Shown here one piece after another: positions 1 through 10,088 of a stretch of 64,000 nt of DNA. Source of the DNA: an uncultured Candidatus Actinomarinales bacterium (GTDB lineage Bacteria; Actinomycetota; Acidimicrobiia; Actinomarinales; Actinomarinaceae); NCBI GenBank assembly GCA_943789065.1, contig CALSSQ010000001.1, positions 746,426 to 810,425 on the forward strand. The letters are read 5' to 3'. Under the pieces are notes generated by a model. The model saw only the letters and a program-made list of their open reading frames with translations. It was not told the origin of the DNA and ran no database searches. The translations under genes were made by a program, and so were the position numbers. How positions within the stretch are numbered: the stretch's first letter is position 1; each line of letters begins with the position of its first letter.

Positions 1-186
1 AATTCTTCGATAAAGAGGTATCTGACCACCCTCAAAATAAGCAGGTACTGTTTTACGTGCTCCGGTACCTTTAGTACCCCTACCAGCAGTTTTTCCTCTT
101 TTACCAGCTTCACCTCTACCTTTTCTTAACTTCTTTTTTGTAGAGCCAGGAGTTGGCTTTAGATGATGAAATCTTAATTTATCCAT
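1..186 (-). CDS. rplO: 50S ribosomal protein L15 (5' part; gene continues beyond window start)
   Basis: Hand translation of minus strand from ATG at 186: [45 protein letters not shown]..., typical L15 N-terminus; position downstream of rpmD in spc operon. Confidence 0.85.
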   Translation of the reverse strand, partial: MDKLRFHHLKPTPGSTKKKLRKGRGEAGKRGKTAGRGTKGTGARKTVPAYFEGGQIPLYRRI

Positions 187-188
187 TA

Positions 189-368
189 TTAAACCTCTTC
201 GATACTTACTAGATGATTTACAACTCGTAACATTCCCTGTAAAGAGTCATCCATATCTCTTTCAACAGAAGAATTGATTTTTTTTAATCCCAATGACTTA
301 ATGGTTTCACGCGACTTGTGACCTTGGCCAATAAGGCTTCTTTTAAGAGTGATTTTTACTTTAGACAT
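189..368 (-). CDS. rpmD: 50S ribosomal protein L30
   Basis: Hand translation (not in ORF track, <60 aa): [59 protein letters not shown]; start overlaps rpsE 3' end; spc operon order. Confidence 0.85.
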   Translation of the reverse strand: MSKVKITLKRSLIGQGHKSRETIKSLGLKKINSSVERDMDDSLQGMLRVVNHLVSIEEV

Positions 369-909
369 CTTGTGAAGCTACTTTTCTTTCAGCTTTAGTT
401 TTTTCATAAGCATCTACTAATCCTTTTGGAGCAATTTCAGACGGTTTTTTTCCTCTTAATTTTGCAACTGAATCTGGAGTTCTTTGTCCAAGTAATCCAT
501 TGATGGTTGCTTTTGCAACATTCAAGTGAGTTGGTGAGCCTAAAGACTTAGCAAGAATATCTTTAATTCCTGCAACTTGCAATACCTCTCTTGCGGCACC
601 TCCTGCAATAATACCTGTACCTGGAGAAGCTGGCTTAAGAAGAACCTTTGATGATCCGTGTTCTCCTGTAATTGTATGAACTATTGTTGAGCCCGCCATA
701 GGAATTTGGTGTATATCCTTTTTTGCATTTTCAATTGCTTTCTGTATAGCTAGAGGAACTTCTGAACCTTTTCCATAACCTATACCAGCACTACCATTAC
801 CATCCCCAACAGCTACCAAGGCTGTAAAAGCAAAGTTTCTACCACCCTTAACAACTTTGGCCACTCTGTTTATGTGAATAACGCTCTCTTGTAATTCTGA
901 TTCAACCAT
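361..909 (-). CDS. rpsE: 30S ribosomal protein S5
   Basis: ORF track 182 aa; conserved S5 sequence and spc operon position. Confidence 0.95.
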   Translation of the reverse strand: MVESELQESVIHINRVAKVVKGGRNFAFTALVAVGDGNGSAGIGYGKGSEVPLAIQKAIENAKKDIHQIPMAGSTIVHTITGEHGSSKVLLKPASPGTGIIAGGAAREVLQVAGIKDILAKSLGSPTHLNVAKATINGLLGQRTPDSVAKLRGKKPSEIAPKGLVDAYEKTKAERKVASQDV

Positions 910-1262
910 TAAAACTTAATTCCTTTTTCTCTTATACCTTCAGCTACTGCTTGAACTCTTCCATGATAAATATATCCACCTCTATCAAAAACTGCTTCTT
1001 TAACTCCAATTTCATTAAGTGCTTCACCTAATTTTTCTCCAACTTTTTTTGAAATCTCTACAGTTAAATTCTGATTCTTAAGTTCAGTAGATAAAGTACT
1101 TGCTGTTGCAATGGTACTTTGACCTAAATCATCTATCGCTTGAACATAAATATTTTTGTTACTTTTAAACACAGCCAATCTTGGCTTTGTCGCTGTTCCA
1201 TATATTTTTTTTCTTATTCTAATTTTTCTTTTAATTCTAGGATTCTTTGTTTTCATAACCAT
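909..1262 (-). CDS. rplR: 50S ribosomal protein L18
   Basis: ORF track 117 aa; L18-like sequence, operon order. Confidence 0.93.
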   Translation of the reverse strand: MVMKTKNPRIKRKIRIRKKIYGTATKPRLAVFKSNKNIYVQAIDDLGQSTIATASTLSTELKNQNLTVEISKKVGEKLGEALNEIGVKEAVFDRGGYIYHGRVQAVAEGIREKGIKF

Positions 1263-1263
1263 C

Positions 1264-1815
1264 TTACGCTCCTGCTGTCACAGCAGCTTTACCTGCTTTT
1301 CTTCGAACATATTCGTCTTTGTAACGAATACCTTTACCCTTATATGGCTCTGGAGGTTTAATAGCTCTTATGTTTGCGGATACTTCTCCGACTAGAGCCT
1401 TATCAATACCAGAAACTATTATTGTATTTTGATCTGGAACCTCATATTTTATGTTTTCAACTTTTTTAAATAATACTGGATGCGAGAACCCGCATAATAT
1501 TTCTAAATCATTACCTTTCATTGACACTCTGTGACCAACTCCAACAAGTGTAAGTGTTTTTGAATAACCTTCTAGAACACCCTCTATGTTGTTTGCGACG
1601 AGAGATCTATACAAACCATGTAAGCTTTTAACAACTTTGTCTTCACTTGTTCTTGAAAAGGTAAGAATTCCGTCGTTTATTTCAAAAGTTATTCTGTCAT
1701 CAACAATAGTTGTTGCCAATTCTCCTTTTGGTCCTTTTACTGAAATTGTCATATCTTTTATTAATACTTCAACTTTTTCAGGGATTGTAATTAGTTTATT
1801 GCCAATACGACTCAT
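1264..1815 (-). CDS. rplF: 50S ribosomal protein L6
   Basis: ORF track 183 aa; L6-like, operon order. Confidence 0.93.
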   Translation of the reverse strand: MSRIGNKLITIPEKVEVLIKDMTISVKGPKGELATTIVDDRITFEINDGILTFSRTSEDKVVKSLHGLYRSLVANNIEGVLEGYSKTLTLVGVGHRVSMKGNDLEILCGFSHPVLFKKVENIKYEVPDQNTIIVSGIDKALVGEVSANIRAIKPPEPYKGKGIRYKDEYVRRKAGKAAVTAGA

Positions 1816-2210
1816 GACCAGACCTCACAAATTAACTCGCCACCTAGTTTTCTTTTTCTAGCCTCCGAGTCAGAAAGTAGACCACGTGATGTAGAAACTA
1901 CGACCGTTCCTAAACCACCGTTGTTTCTTGGCAACTTGTCAAAACTTGAATAAACTCTCTGGCCTGGCTTTGACAATCTGTTCATACCAGATATAACTGA
2001 CATACCCTCATCCGAATATTTCATATCGATATCAATGAACTTCTCTACTCCCTCACCAGATACTTTTACATCTGATACGTAACCCTCATTTTTTAAAAGC
2101 TTTGCTAGTTCAAACTTAAAGTTTGAGTGGGGTATTGAGACACTAGGTTTTGAAACCATAGATGCGTTTCTAAGTCTTGTAAGCAAATCGGATATTGGAT
2201 CAGTGACCAT
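1812..2210 (-). CDS. rpsH: 30S ribosomal protein S8
   Basis: ORF track 132 aa, N-terminus MVTDPISDLLTRLRNA typical of S8. Confidence 0.93.
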   Translation of the reverse strand: MVTDPISDLLTRLRNASMVSKPSVSIPHSNFKFELAKLLKNEGYVSDVKVSGEGVEKFIDIDMKYSDEGMSVISGMNRLSKPGQRVYSSFDKLPRNNGGLGTVVVSTSRGLLSDSEARKRKLGGELICEVWS

Positions 2211-2213
2211 TTT

Positions 2214-2519
2214 TTACCACGAAGCTTTCTTTATTCCAGGAAGCTCTCCTTTGAGTGCTAAGTCTCTGAATGTATTTCTTGACATACCAAATTTCCTGAG
2301 TGTACCTCTTGGTCGTCCAGTTACTTGACATCTGTTTCTATGTCTAGTGGCAGATGCATCTCTTGGCATTTTTGCAATCTTTTTTTGAGCAGCTCTTTTT
2401 TCATCATAAGTTGAGTCTGGATCTTTAATTATTGCAAGTAAATCTTTACGCTTTTCAGTGTAAAAATTTACAGTGTCTAATCTTTTATTGTTTTTAACTA
2501 TTTTACTTGTTTTTGCCAT
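2214..2519 (-). CDS. rpsN: 30S ribosomal protein S14 (long form)
   Basis: ORF track 101 aa; S14 C-terminal [21 protein letters not shown] motif. Confidence 0.92.
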   Translation of the reverse strand: MAKTSKIVKNNKRLDTVNFYTEKRKDLLAIIKDPDSTYDEKRAAQKKIAKMPRDASATRHRNRCQVTGRPRGTLRKFGMSRNTFRDLALKGELPGIKKASW

Positions 2520-2521
2520 TT

Positions 2522-3067
2522 TTAATTCTCTCTAAAAGGAAACCCTAGCGAGTGTAATAATACATATCCTTTTTTATTATCGTTAGCGGTTGTACAAATT
2601 GTAATATTCATGCCGCGAATGTCTCTAACCTTATCATATTCAACTTCGGGAAAGACTAACTGCTCGTTTAAGCCAAGGGAATAATTTCCATTACCATCAA
2701 ATGACTTTTGACTAAATCCCCTAAAGTCTCTAATCCTAGGGACTACAACTTGAACGAATCTATCATAAAATTCCCACATTCTGTCACCACGAAGCGTTAC
2801 TGCAACACCCACTGGCATTCCTTCTCTTACCTTAAAACCAGCAATAGATTTTTTTGCTCTTTTAATAACTGGTTTTTGACCAGATATTGCGGTGAGCTCA
2901 TCAACAATTGACTCTAGGGTTCTACCATCTGTTGCAGCTTTACTAGAACCAATGTTTAGAACAATTTTTTCAAGAGTAGGTATTTGGTTTACATTCTCTA
3001 AACCTAACTCTTTTTTTATCTCTTCATTTAATCCAGTATTAAATGCTTCTTTCAACCTTGGAATCAT
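2522..3067 (-). CDS. rplE: 50S ribosomal protein L5
   Basis: ORF track 181 aa; L5-like, operon order. Confidence 0.93.
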   Translation of the reverse strand: MIPRLKEAFNTGLNEEIKKELGLENVNQIPTLEKIVLNIGSSKAATDGRTLESIVDELTAISGQKPVIKRAKKSIAGFKVREGMPVGVAVTLRGDRMWEFYDRFVQVVVPRIRDFRGFSQKSFDGNGNYSLGLNEQLVFPEVEYDKVRDIRGMNITICTTANDNKKGYVLLHSLGFPFREN

Positions 3068-3366
3068 ACTTCATCTCCTGTTTGAGCTAGAACTCTGTAC
3101 TTCTGACCATTTTTATCAAATTTATAAGCAACTCTTCCGCTCTTCTTTTTAACAACTAAGGCTACATTCGAAATATGAATTGGCATTGTGATGTCAATTA
3201 CGCCACCTTGCATTGTTTGACCTTGTGGTTTTTGATGTTTTTTAGTAATGTTGATGCCTTCAACAAGTACTTTTTCTTTTTTTGGAAAAACTTGCAATAC
3301 TTTACCTTCTTTTCCATTATCTTTACCAGCAATAACTTTTACTAAATCGCCTTTTTTGATCTTCAT
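3064..3366 (-). CDS. rplX: 50S ribosomal protein L24
   Basis: ORF track 100 aa; KOW-like N-terminus [23 protein letters not shown]. Confidence 0.92.
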   Translation of the reverse strand: MKIKKGDLVKVIAGKDNGKEGKVLQVFPKKEKVLVEGINITKKHQKPQGQTMQGGVIDITMPIHISNVALVVKKKSGRVAYKFDKNGQKYRVLAQTGDEV

Positions 3367-3734
3367 TAGATAACCTCCGGTGCCAGCGATACTATTCTCA
3401 TAAACTTTTTCTCTCTTAACTCTCTACCAACTGGTCCAAAAATTCTTGTACCTCTTGGCTGTTCTTGTTCGTTAATAATTACGCATGCATTTTCATCAAA
3501 CCTTATATAGGTACCATCTTTTCTTCTTGTCTCTTTACTTGTCCTGACAACTACAGCTTCGACGATATCCCCTTTTTTTATTTGGCCACCAGGAATTGCA
3601 TCTTTGACAGTAGCCGTGAAAACATCTCCTAGACCTGCATATCTAATTCTTGAACTACCTTTTACTTTGATGCATAACACTTCTTTTGCACCAGAGTTAT
3701 CGGCAACCTTAAGGCGAGATTCTTTTTGTATCAT
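3366..3734 (-). CDS. rplN: 50S ribosomal protein L14
   Basis: ORF track 122 aa; [18 protein letters not shown] typical L14. Confidence 0.95.
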   Translation of the reverse strand: MIQKESRLKVADNSGAKEVLCIKVKGSSRIRYAGLGDVFTATVKDAIPGGQIKKGDIVEAVVVRTSKETRRKDGTYIRFDENACVIINEQEQPRGTRIFGPVGRELREKKFMRIVSLAPEVI

Positions 3735-3997
3735 CTTGCCCTCTCAATTACTTCAGTGACTCTCCACCTTTTGGTCTTAGAAATTGGCTTTGTTTCCATA
3801 ATTTTTACTGTGTCGCCCATTTTTGCTTCAAAACTTTCATCATGAACATGAAGCTTTCTAGTTTTTTTAACAATCTTTCCATATTTTGGATGAGGATACT
3901 GTAGCTCAATAGCTACCGTAACTGTATTTTGTCTTTTGTCTGAGACAACAACACCAGTTTTAACTTTTCTTGACGATCTTTCTATTTGGTCACTCAT
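3731..3997 (-). CDS. rpsQ: 30S ribosomal protein S17
   Basis: ORF track 88 aa; operon order. Confidence 0.9.
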   Translation of the reverse strand: MSDQIERSSRKVKTGVVVSDKRQNTVTVAIELQYPHPKYGKIVKKTRKLHVHDESFEAKMGDTVKIMETKPISKTKRWRVTEVIERAR

Positions 3998-4208
3998 TAT
4001 TATCAGCTTTCATCATATCTTCTCTTTTTTTTTGGTTTAAAACTGTATTTGCTTGTGCAATTTGTTTTTTAATTTTTTTAAATATGGAAGTGTCCTCAAT
4101 CTGACTTGTTGCTAATGAGAATCTTGATTCCATAAGTTCTTTTTTTAATTCAGATACTTTAGTCTCAAGCTCCGAAATAGACAGTTCTCTTAGGTCATTT
4201 ATACTCAT
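3990..4208 (-). CDS. rpmC: 50S ribosomal protein L29
   Basis: ORF track 72 aa, helical, between rplP and rpsQ. Confidence 0.88.
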   Translation of the reverse strand: MSINDLRELSISELETKVSELKKELMESRFSLATSQIEDTSIFKKIKKQIAQANTVLNQKKREDMMKADNNE

Positions 4209-4615
4209 GTGTGCCTCATAACAAATTTTGTATTTATTGGTAGTTTATGTCCTGCTTTTCTAAAAGCCTCTCTTGCTACTTCCTCAGAAACGCCAGAGAT
4301 TTCAAACATTATTCTGCCAGGCTTAACAACAGCTACATAGTATTCGACAGCTCCTTTTCCGGAACCCATTCTTACTTCTGCAGGTTTTGTTGTTATAGGC
4401 TTATGCGGAAAAATATTTATCCAAACTTTACCTTTTCTTTGCATGGTACGTGTAATTGTTATTCTTGCAGCTTCAATTTGACGTCCGGTAATGTAAGAAG
4501 TTTCTACTGCTTGTAAACCAAAGTCCCCAAAATGAACTTCCGTTCCACCTTTGGACATGCCTTTTCTTCTCCCCCTATGGGATTTTCTGTATTTTGTTTT
4601 TTTAGGCATTAACAT
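4205..4615 (-). CDS. rplP: 50S ribosomal protein L16
   Basis: ORF track 136 aa; [16 protein letters not shown] typical L16. Confidence 0.95.
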   Translation of the reverse strand: MLMPKKTKYRKSHRGRRKGMSKGGTEVHFGDFGLQAVETSYITGRQIEAARITITRTMQRKGKVWINIFPHKPITTKPAEVRMGSGKGAVEYYVAVVKPGRIMFEISGVSEEVAREAFRKAGHKLPINTKFVMRHT

Positions 4616-4618
4616 AAA

Positions 4619-5509
4619 TTATTCTTCTTCCAATATTGATTTTTCTTCTTCAAATTGTTCTTGTGCTTTTACGGGGGTTATTTTTTTGCCGCCTCCTGCT
4701 TCTACTATCTTAGAAGTTTGTTCTCCAGCTTTTTTACCGCCTCCAGCTTCAAGGATTCTTGACTCTTTTGCTTCCCCTACTGCAGCTTCGACTCTTGATT
4801 TTACAGATTTAACTCTTCCACTTGCTGGACCTCCACTTGCTAAAGATGCTTCGGCAGCAATTTTTTCTTGATGTAATTTATTTGTTGCCACTACGTCACC
4901 TTTGTAAACCCATACTTTTACACCTATTGCACCAACTGTTGTATGAGCTGCTGCTCTACCAAAATCTATATCTGCTCGAAGGGTGTGTAGAGGAACTCTT
5001 CCTTCTCTGTACCACTCTCTTCTACCCATTTCTGCTCCGCCTAAACGACCAGAACATTCAACTCTAACTCCCTCTGCTCCTGCTTTTAATGCTGAACCTA
5101 CAGCTCTTTTCATAGCTCGCCTAAAAGCAACTCTATTTTCCAACTGATCAGCTACAGCTCGTGCTAAAAGTTGTGCATCCAGTTCTGCTTCTCTGACTTC
5201 AATAATGTTGAGTTTTACTGGTTGGTTTGTGAGCTCTTCAAGGCCCTTTCTTAAACGATCTGCTTCGGCACCTTTTCTACCTATAACAACTCCTGGACGT
5301 GCAGTATGAATGTCTACTTGAACTTTATCTCTTGTTCTTTCAATATCAATTCTTGAAAGAGCACCTTTTAAAAGTTCTGCTGTTAAAAATTCTCGAATTC
5401 TGTAATCTTGGTTTACAAGTTTTGTATAATCTTTGTCGCTAAACCATCTAGACTTCCAATCATTAACGATTCCAATCCTAAATGCATATGGATGTGTTTT
5501 TTGACCCAT
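4619..5509 (-). CDS. rpsC: 30S ribosomal protein S3 with repetitive Gly/Lys/Glu-rich C-terminal extension
   Basis: ORF track 296 aa; S3 core plus ~70 aa low-complexity tail (EAGGGKK repeated). Confidence 0.93.
   Translation of the reverse strand: MGQKTHPYAFRIGIVNDWKSRWFSDKDYTKLVNQDYRIREFLTAELLKGALSRIDIERTRDKVQVDIHTARPGVVIGRKGAEADRLRKGLEELTNQPVKLNIIEVREAELDAQLLARAVADQLENRVAFRRAMKRAVGSALKAGAEGVRVECSGRLGGAEMGRREWYREGRVPLHTLRADIDFGRAAAHTTVGAIGVKVWVYKGDVVATNKLHQEKIAAEASLASGGPASGRVKSVKSRVEAAVGEAKESRILEAGGGKKAGEQTSKIVEAGGGKKITPVKAQEQFEEEKSILEEE
4681..4750. repeat. Two near-identical ~22-bp units 48 bp apart inside rpsC 3' end (encode the EAGGGKK repeats)
   Basis: tttttttgccgcctcctgcttc at 4681-4702 and cttttttaccgcctccagcttc at 4729-4750. 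Confidence 0.7.
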
Positions 5510-5511
5510 TG

Positions 5512-5859
5512 TTATCCCTCTACGCTTTCTAATTCAATTAATATGTGGGAAGTTCTTTTATTAATTCTTCCAGCACTTCCTCTAGCTCTAGGTCTAAATC
5601 TTTTTAATGTTGGTCCCTCGTCTGCAATAGCTTTTGTGATCTCGAGGTTTGCGGATGTCATACCGAAATTGTTTTCAGCATTGGCGATCGCGCTCTCTAG
5701 GAGCTGTTTAATATCGGTAGCAGCTTTTCTTTTTGTAAAAGTTAATATATTAAGTGCTTCATTAACGTTCAACCCTCTTATGAGATTCAAAACTAATCTC
5801 ACTTTGTATGGAGATTGTCTAATATATTTACTTTTTGCTGTAACTGTTTGTTTTTCCAT
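5512..5859 (-). CDS. rplV: 50S ribosomal protein L22
   Basis: ORF track 115 aa; operon order. Confidence 0.92.
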   Translation of the reverse strand: MEKQTVTAKSKYIRQSPYKVRLVLNLIRGLNVNEALNILTFTKRKAATDIKQLLESAIANAENNFGMTSANLEITKAIADEGPTLKRFRPRARGSAGRINKRTSHILIELESVEG

Positions 5860-6122
5860 TAGTTCTGTCCCGGATGTCCTTTGAAAGTACGCGTTGGAGA
5901 AAATTCTCCAAGTTTATGACCAACCATTGCCTCAGTAATAAATACAGGAAGGTGTTGTCTTCCATTATGAACTGCTATTGTCAATCCAACCATTTCAGGA
6001 ACTACTGTTGACCTTCTACTCCAAGTTTTGATTACTGTTTTGTTGCCACTATTTTTTGCGTCCTCTACTTTTGAAAGTAAATGATCGTCTACAAATGGCC
6101 CTTTTCTCAAACTTCTTGACAT
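5859..6122 (-). CDS. rpsS: 30S ribosomal protein S19
   Basis: ORF track 87 aa; S19-like. Confidence 0.93.
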   Translation of the reverse strand: MSRSLRKGPFVDDHLLSKVEDAKNSGNKTVIKTWSRRSTVVPEMVGLTIAVHNGRQHLPVFITEAMVGHKLGEFSPTRTFKGHPGQN

Positions 6123-6124
6123 AA

Positions 6125-6958
6125 TTAACCTCTACCCTTTTGGGATCGTCCTCTAATAATTGATTTATTACTATATTTCTTTTTATTTCTAGTCTTTTTC
6201 TCTGGCTTACCCCAAGGACTTACCGGAGTTCTACCTCCAGATGATTTACCTTCTCCACCACCAAGTGGGTGGTCAACTGGGTTCATTGCAACACCACGAG
6301 TTTGGGGTCTAACACCCTTCCATCTTTTACGTCCTGCTTTTCCAAGTTTTGTTAATTCTGCTTCAGCATTACCTACCGTTCCAATTGTTGCCCTGCAATC
6401 CATGGAAACGGTTCTCATTTCACCAGAAGGAAGTCTTAAAAGTGCTAATCCTCCCTCTTTGCTCATAAGCTGTACAGATGAACCGGCTGATCTTGCCATT
6501 TTTGCTCCACCTGCAGGTCTTAGCTCAACATTATGTACAAATGTTCCTGCTGGAATATTTCTAAGTGGAAGACAATTACCATCTTTTATGTCAGCTTTTG
6601 GACCTGAAATTATTTCTGCTCCAGGAATAATTCCATCTGGTGCAATAATGTATGCTTTTTCTCCATCAACATAGTGAAGAAGAGCTATGCGAGCATTTCT
6701 ATTTGGATCATATTCTATCGCTGCTACTTTTGCTGGTATATTATCTTTTGTTCTCTTGAAATCTATAATTCTGTACTTTCTTTTGTGTCCCCCACCACGA
6801 TGTCTTGAGGTAATTCTACCTTTGTTATTTCTACCACCGGATGAATTTTTAGATTGAAGTAAGGACTTTTCTGGTTTACTTTTTGTTATTTCTTTAAAGT
6901 CTCCAGATACTTGTCCCCTCATTCCAGGTGTTACTGGTCTTATTTTTTTTTGCCCCAT
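6125..6958 (-). CDS. rplB: 50S ribosomal protein L2
   Basis: ORF track 277 aa; L2-like. Confidence 0.95.
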   Translation of the reverse strand: MGQKKIRPVTPGMRGQVSGDFKEITKSKPEKSLLQSKNSSGGRNNKGRITSRHRGGGHKRKYRIIDFKRTKDNIPAKVAAIEYDPNRNARIALLHYVDGEKAYIIAPDGIIPGAEIISGPKADIKDGNCLPLRNIPAGTFVHNVELRPAGGAKMARSAGSSVQLMSKEGGLALLRLPSGEMRTVSMDCRATIGTVGNAEAELTKLGKAGRKRWKGVRPQTRGVAMNPVDHPLGGGEGKSSGGRTPVSPWGKPEKKTRNKKKYSNKSIIRGRSQKGRG

Positions 6959-6961
6959 AAC

Positions 6962-7249
6962 CTATACCCCGAATGCCTCAATAGTGTCTCCCTCTTGGAG
7001 GGTGATTATTGCAATCTTCTTTGTGCTTTGTTGACCTAAAATATAACCAAATCTTTTTTTCTTGCCTTTTCTATACATTGTATTAACTGATAATACTTCG
7101 ACATCAAATAGCTCTTGAGCAGCTCTTTTTATCTCAGGCTTATTGGCATCTGAATGAACAAAAAAAGTGTAGGCATTAGAATCTGAAATTCTGTCATATG
7201 ACTTTTCAGATATTACAGGGGAAATTAGTACATCTTCTAAATACTTCAT
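6962..7249 (-). CDS. rplW: 50S ribosomal protein L23
   Basis: ORF track 95 aa; operon order. Confidence 0.9.
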   Translation of the reverse strand: MKYLEDVLISPVISEKSYDRISDSNAYTFFVHSDANKPEIKRAAQELFDVEVLSVNTMYRKGKKKRFGYILGQQSTKKIAIITLQEGDTIEAFGV

Positions 7250-7869
7250 TTAACTTCTCCTGTTAAGTAATCCATTGCATTTTTTGATAAAACTGCATTG
7301 TCTGTTGAGACGACGTCATAAGTAGAAAGTTTTTTTACAGAAACTATTCTTGAATTTTTTAGATTCCTAAATGATTTAATTAAATTGTCATCACCTTCGC
7401 CATAAACGAATATGAATGACCGTTCAATATTAAACTCACTTAATACTGTAGAAGCTAACTTTGTAGATGGTACATCTACTGACTGACCATCAATGACAAA
7501 TAAGGCTTCTTCTTTTATCCTTTGAGAAATTGCCATATTTAATGATTTCTTTTTCATTTTTTTTGGAGTTCTATCAAGATACACTCTTCCACCTGGACCA
7601 TGTGCAATACCACCACCTACAAACTGTGGTGAACGTAAGGAACCCTGTCTTGCTCTACCTGTTCCTTTTTGTGCCCAAGGTTTTGCACCTGTTCCTGAAA
7701 CTTGTGATCTTGTTTTTACAGAAGCTGTGTTATTTCTATAATTTGTTCTATTTGATTTTACGACTTGATGCAAAAGTCCAATATTGATATCCTCAATTAC
7801 TTCAAAATTGAATTGACTCTTAGTGACTTTGTTGTCAGCTGTATTGTAAGTGTCTAGTTTGATACTCAT
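7246..7869 (-). CDS. rplD: 50S ribosomal protein L4
   Basis: ORF track 207 aa; operon order. Confidence 0.92.
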   Translation of the reverse strand: MSIKLDTYNTADNKVTKSQFNFEVIEDINIGLLHQVVKSNRTNYRNNTASVKTRSQVSGTGAKPWAQKGTGRARQGSLRSPQFVGGGIAHGPGGRVYLDRTPKKMKKKSLNMAISQRIKEEALFVIDGQSVDVPSTKLASTVLSEFNIERSFIFVYGEGDDNLIKSFRNLKNSRIVSVKKLSTYDVVSTDNAVLSKNAMDYLTGEVK

Positions 7870-8498
7870 TATGAAACCTTAACCGCTGACTGAATTTGGA
7901 CTATATTTCCTTTTTTACCTGGAACAGGTCCATTAACTAAAATGTAGTTTTTTTCTGCATTGATTTCAACAATTGTTACAGATTGGATTGTCTTTTTTTG
8001 GTTACCCATTCTACCAGCCATTTTTTGACCTTTGAAAACGTGTCCTGGATATGAGGCATTACCTATTGAACCCCCTGCTCTATGTACCTTGTGAACACCA
8101 TGACTAGCTTTTTGTCCGGAAAAGTTGTGACGTTTCATTACACCGGTAAAACCATGGCCTTTAGAAAATCCTGTTATGTCAATTTTTTGACCTACTTCAA
8201 AATACTCGCTTACATTTAATTCTGTTCCAGATTTGATTTCAGAATCTTCATCAAGGGGAACCTCATAAAGACATTCTCCTGGTTCGACTTTGTATTTGTC
8301 ATAATGTTGTTTAGTTGGTCTGTTGGCTTTTTTGTTAGACCCTATTGTTAGCTGGGCTGCGGAGTAACCATCTTTTTCAGCTGACTTAATCTGTACTACT
8401 CGACATCCTGAAATGTCTAATACTGTTACACCTTTTGCATTTGACTCTTCATCAAATATTTGAGTCATTCCCACTTTTTTAGCGATTAATGTATTCAT
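7869..8498 (-). CDS. rplC: 50S ribosomal protein L3
   Basis: ORF track 209 aa; operon order. Confidence 0.93.
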   Translation of the reverse strand: MNTLIAKKVGMTQIFDEESNAKGVTVLDISGCRVVQIKSAEKDGYSAAQLTIGSNKKANRPTKQHYDKYKVEPGECLYEVPLDEDSEIKSGTELNVSEYFEVGQKIDITGFSKGHGFTGVMKRHNFSGQKASHGVHKVHRAGGSIGNASYPGHVFKGQKMAGRMGNQKKTIQSVTIVEINAEKNYILVNGPVPGKKGNIVQIQSAVKVS

Positions 8499-8809
8499 AA
8501 CTTAATCTCTACTTCTACGCCGGCTGGTAAATCAAGTCTCATTAATGAATCTACAGTTTTTGGAGTAGGTTCAATAATGTCAATAAGTCTCTTATGAATC
8601 CTCATTTCAAAATGCTCTCTTGATTTTTTATAAACATGTGGTGATCTTATTACACAATATCTATGTATTTGAGTAGGTAGAGGAATTGGACCCTTTACTT
8701 TCGCTTGAGTCTTAATAACAGTTTCGGCAATTTTACGCGCAGACTCATCAACAACATAGTTGTCGTAAGCCTTTAATTTTATTCTTATTTGCTGTTGTTG
8801 CTTTGCCAT
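8495..8809 (-). CDS. rpsJ: 30S ribosomal protein S10 (start moved to internal ATG at 8809)
   Basis: [16 protein letters not shown]... is a canonical S10 N-terminus with GAGGAAG RBS; the longer ORF-track start at 8836 lies inside a terminator hairpin. Confidence 0.9.
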   Translation of the reverse strand: MAKQQQQIRIKLKAYDNYVVDESARKIAETVIKTQAKVKGPIPLPTQIHRYCVIRSPHVYKKSREHFEMRIHKRLIDIIEPTPKTVDSLMRLDLPAGVEVEIKL

Positions 8810-8818
8810 TTCTTCCTC

Positions 8819-8853
8819 AAAAAAAACCGGGAGCAAGTAGTCTACCCCCGGTT
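8819..8853 (-). terminator. Intrinsic terminator/attenuator between tuf and rpsJ
   Basis: Minus-strand transcript AACCGGGGG-loop-CCCGGUU followed by U8, immediately before the rpsJ RBS. Confidence 0.6.
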
Positions 8854-8861
8854 GATTTTTA

Positions 8862-10046
8862 TTACTCTATAACTTTTGTTACTTGTCCTGCTCCTACAGT
8901 TCTGCCACCTTCACGGATAGCAAACTTCACTCCTTCTTCCATCGCAATTGGGGAGATTAGCTCAACTGTTACGGAGACGTTGTCACCCGGCATTACCATT
9001 TCGGTACCCTCTGGGAGACTAACTTCACCGGTTACATCAGTAGTTCTAAAATAGAACTGCGGTCTGTATCCCTTGAAAAATGGATTGTGACGTCCACCTT
9101 CTTCTTTTGTCAAGACGTATACTTCACCCTCAAATTTTGTATGAGGTGTAATTGAACCTGGTTTTGCGATAACCTGTCCTCTTTCAACATCTTCTTTATC
9201 GATACCTCTTAAAAGTAGACCAACATTGTCTCCAGCTCTACCTTCATCAAGTAGTTTTCTGAACATTTCAACACCAGTACATACTGATTTTTGAGTATCT
9301 CTAATACCAATAATTTCAACTTCTTCGTTTACATTAACGATTCCTTGTTCAATTCTTCCAGTAACAACTGTACCTCGACCTGTAATAGAGAATACGTCCT
9401 CTACAGGCATTAGGAATGGTTTATCTACGATTCTTGTTGGCTCCTCGATATAATTATCAACTTGTTCCATCATGTCTAAGACAGCTTTTACACCGGCTTC
9501 ATCACCCTCAAGTGCTGCTAATGCTGAACCTCTGACTACTGGAACATCGTCTCCAGGAAAATCATATGCTGAAAGAAGTTCTCTTACTTCCATTTCAACT
9601 AAGTCAAGAAGTTCCTCGTCATCAACTTGATCAACTTTGTTAAGGAATACTGCTATGGCTGGTACTCCAACTTGTCTCGCCAAAAGAACATGTTCTCTTG
9701 TCTGAGGCATTGGACCATCAGCTGCTGATACAACTAATATTGCACCATCAACTTGTGCTGCACCTGTAATCATATTTTTTACATAGTCAGCGTGACCAGG
9801 CATGTCCACGTGAGCATAATGTCTATTCTCAGTTTCATACTCTACGTGAGCAATCTGAATTGTGATTCCTCTTTCCCTCTCTTCAGGGGCTTTATCTATA
9901 TCTTCAAAAGCTGTCGCATCACCATCACCGGCTTCAGCTAAAACTTTTGTTATTGCGGCCGTCAATGTGGTTTTACCATGGTCAATGTGGCCCATTGTAC
10001 CGATGTTCACATGAGGCTTGCTGCGGTCAAATTTTTCCTTTGACAT
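8862..10046 (-). CDS. tuf: Elongation factor Tu
   Basis: ORF track 394 aa; [21 protein letters not shown] GTPase motifs. Confidence 0.97.
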   Translation of the reverse strand: MSKEKFDRSKPHVNIGTMGHIDHGKTTLTAAITKVLAEAGDGDATAFEDIDKAPEERERGITIQIAHVEYETENRHYAHVDMPGHADYVKNMITGAAQVDGAILVVSAADGPMPQTREHVLLARQVGVPAIAVFLNKVDQVDDEELLDLVEMEVRELLSAYDFPGDDVPVVRGSALAALEGDEAGVKAVLDMMEQVDNYIEEPTRIVDKPFLMPVEDVFSITGRGTVVTGRIEQGIVNVNEEVEIIGIRDTQKSVCTGVEMFRKLLDEGRAGDNVGLLLRGIDKEDVERGQVIAKPGSITPHTKFEGEVYVLTKEEGGRHNPFFKGYRPQFYFRTTDVTGEVSLPEGTEMVMPGDNVSVTVELISPIAMEEGVKFAIREGGRTVGAGQVTKVIE

Positions 10047-10062
10047 ATTTTTCTCCTTTTTT

Positions 10063-10088
10063 AAAAAACCTTAGCTTGAAAACAAGCT
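10063..10088 (-). terminator. Possible weak attenuator hairpin between fusA and tuf
   Basis: AGCTTG-AAAA-CAAGCT hairpin overlapping fusA stop, followed on transcript by AAGG then U6 and the tuf RBS. Confidence 0.3.

Noticed and set aside
1140-1395. Plus-strand ORFs (73 and 79 aa) and similar antisense ORFs throughout the ribosomal and rpoBC region
   Set aside because: They lie antisense to highly conserved ribosomal/RNA polymerase genes and have low-complexity hydrophobic translations typical of AT-rich antisense frames; no start or RBS context supports them.
8810-8836. Longer rpsJ start ([13 protein letters not shown]...) given in the ORF track
   Set aside because: The extension would be translated from within the tuf terminator hairpin/U-run and adds non-conserved residues; the internal ATG at 8809 gives a canonical S10 N-terminus with a proper RBS.
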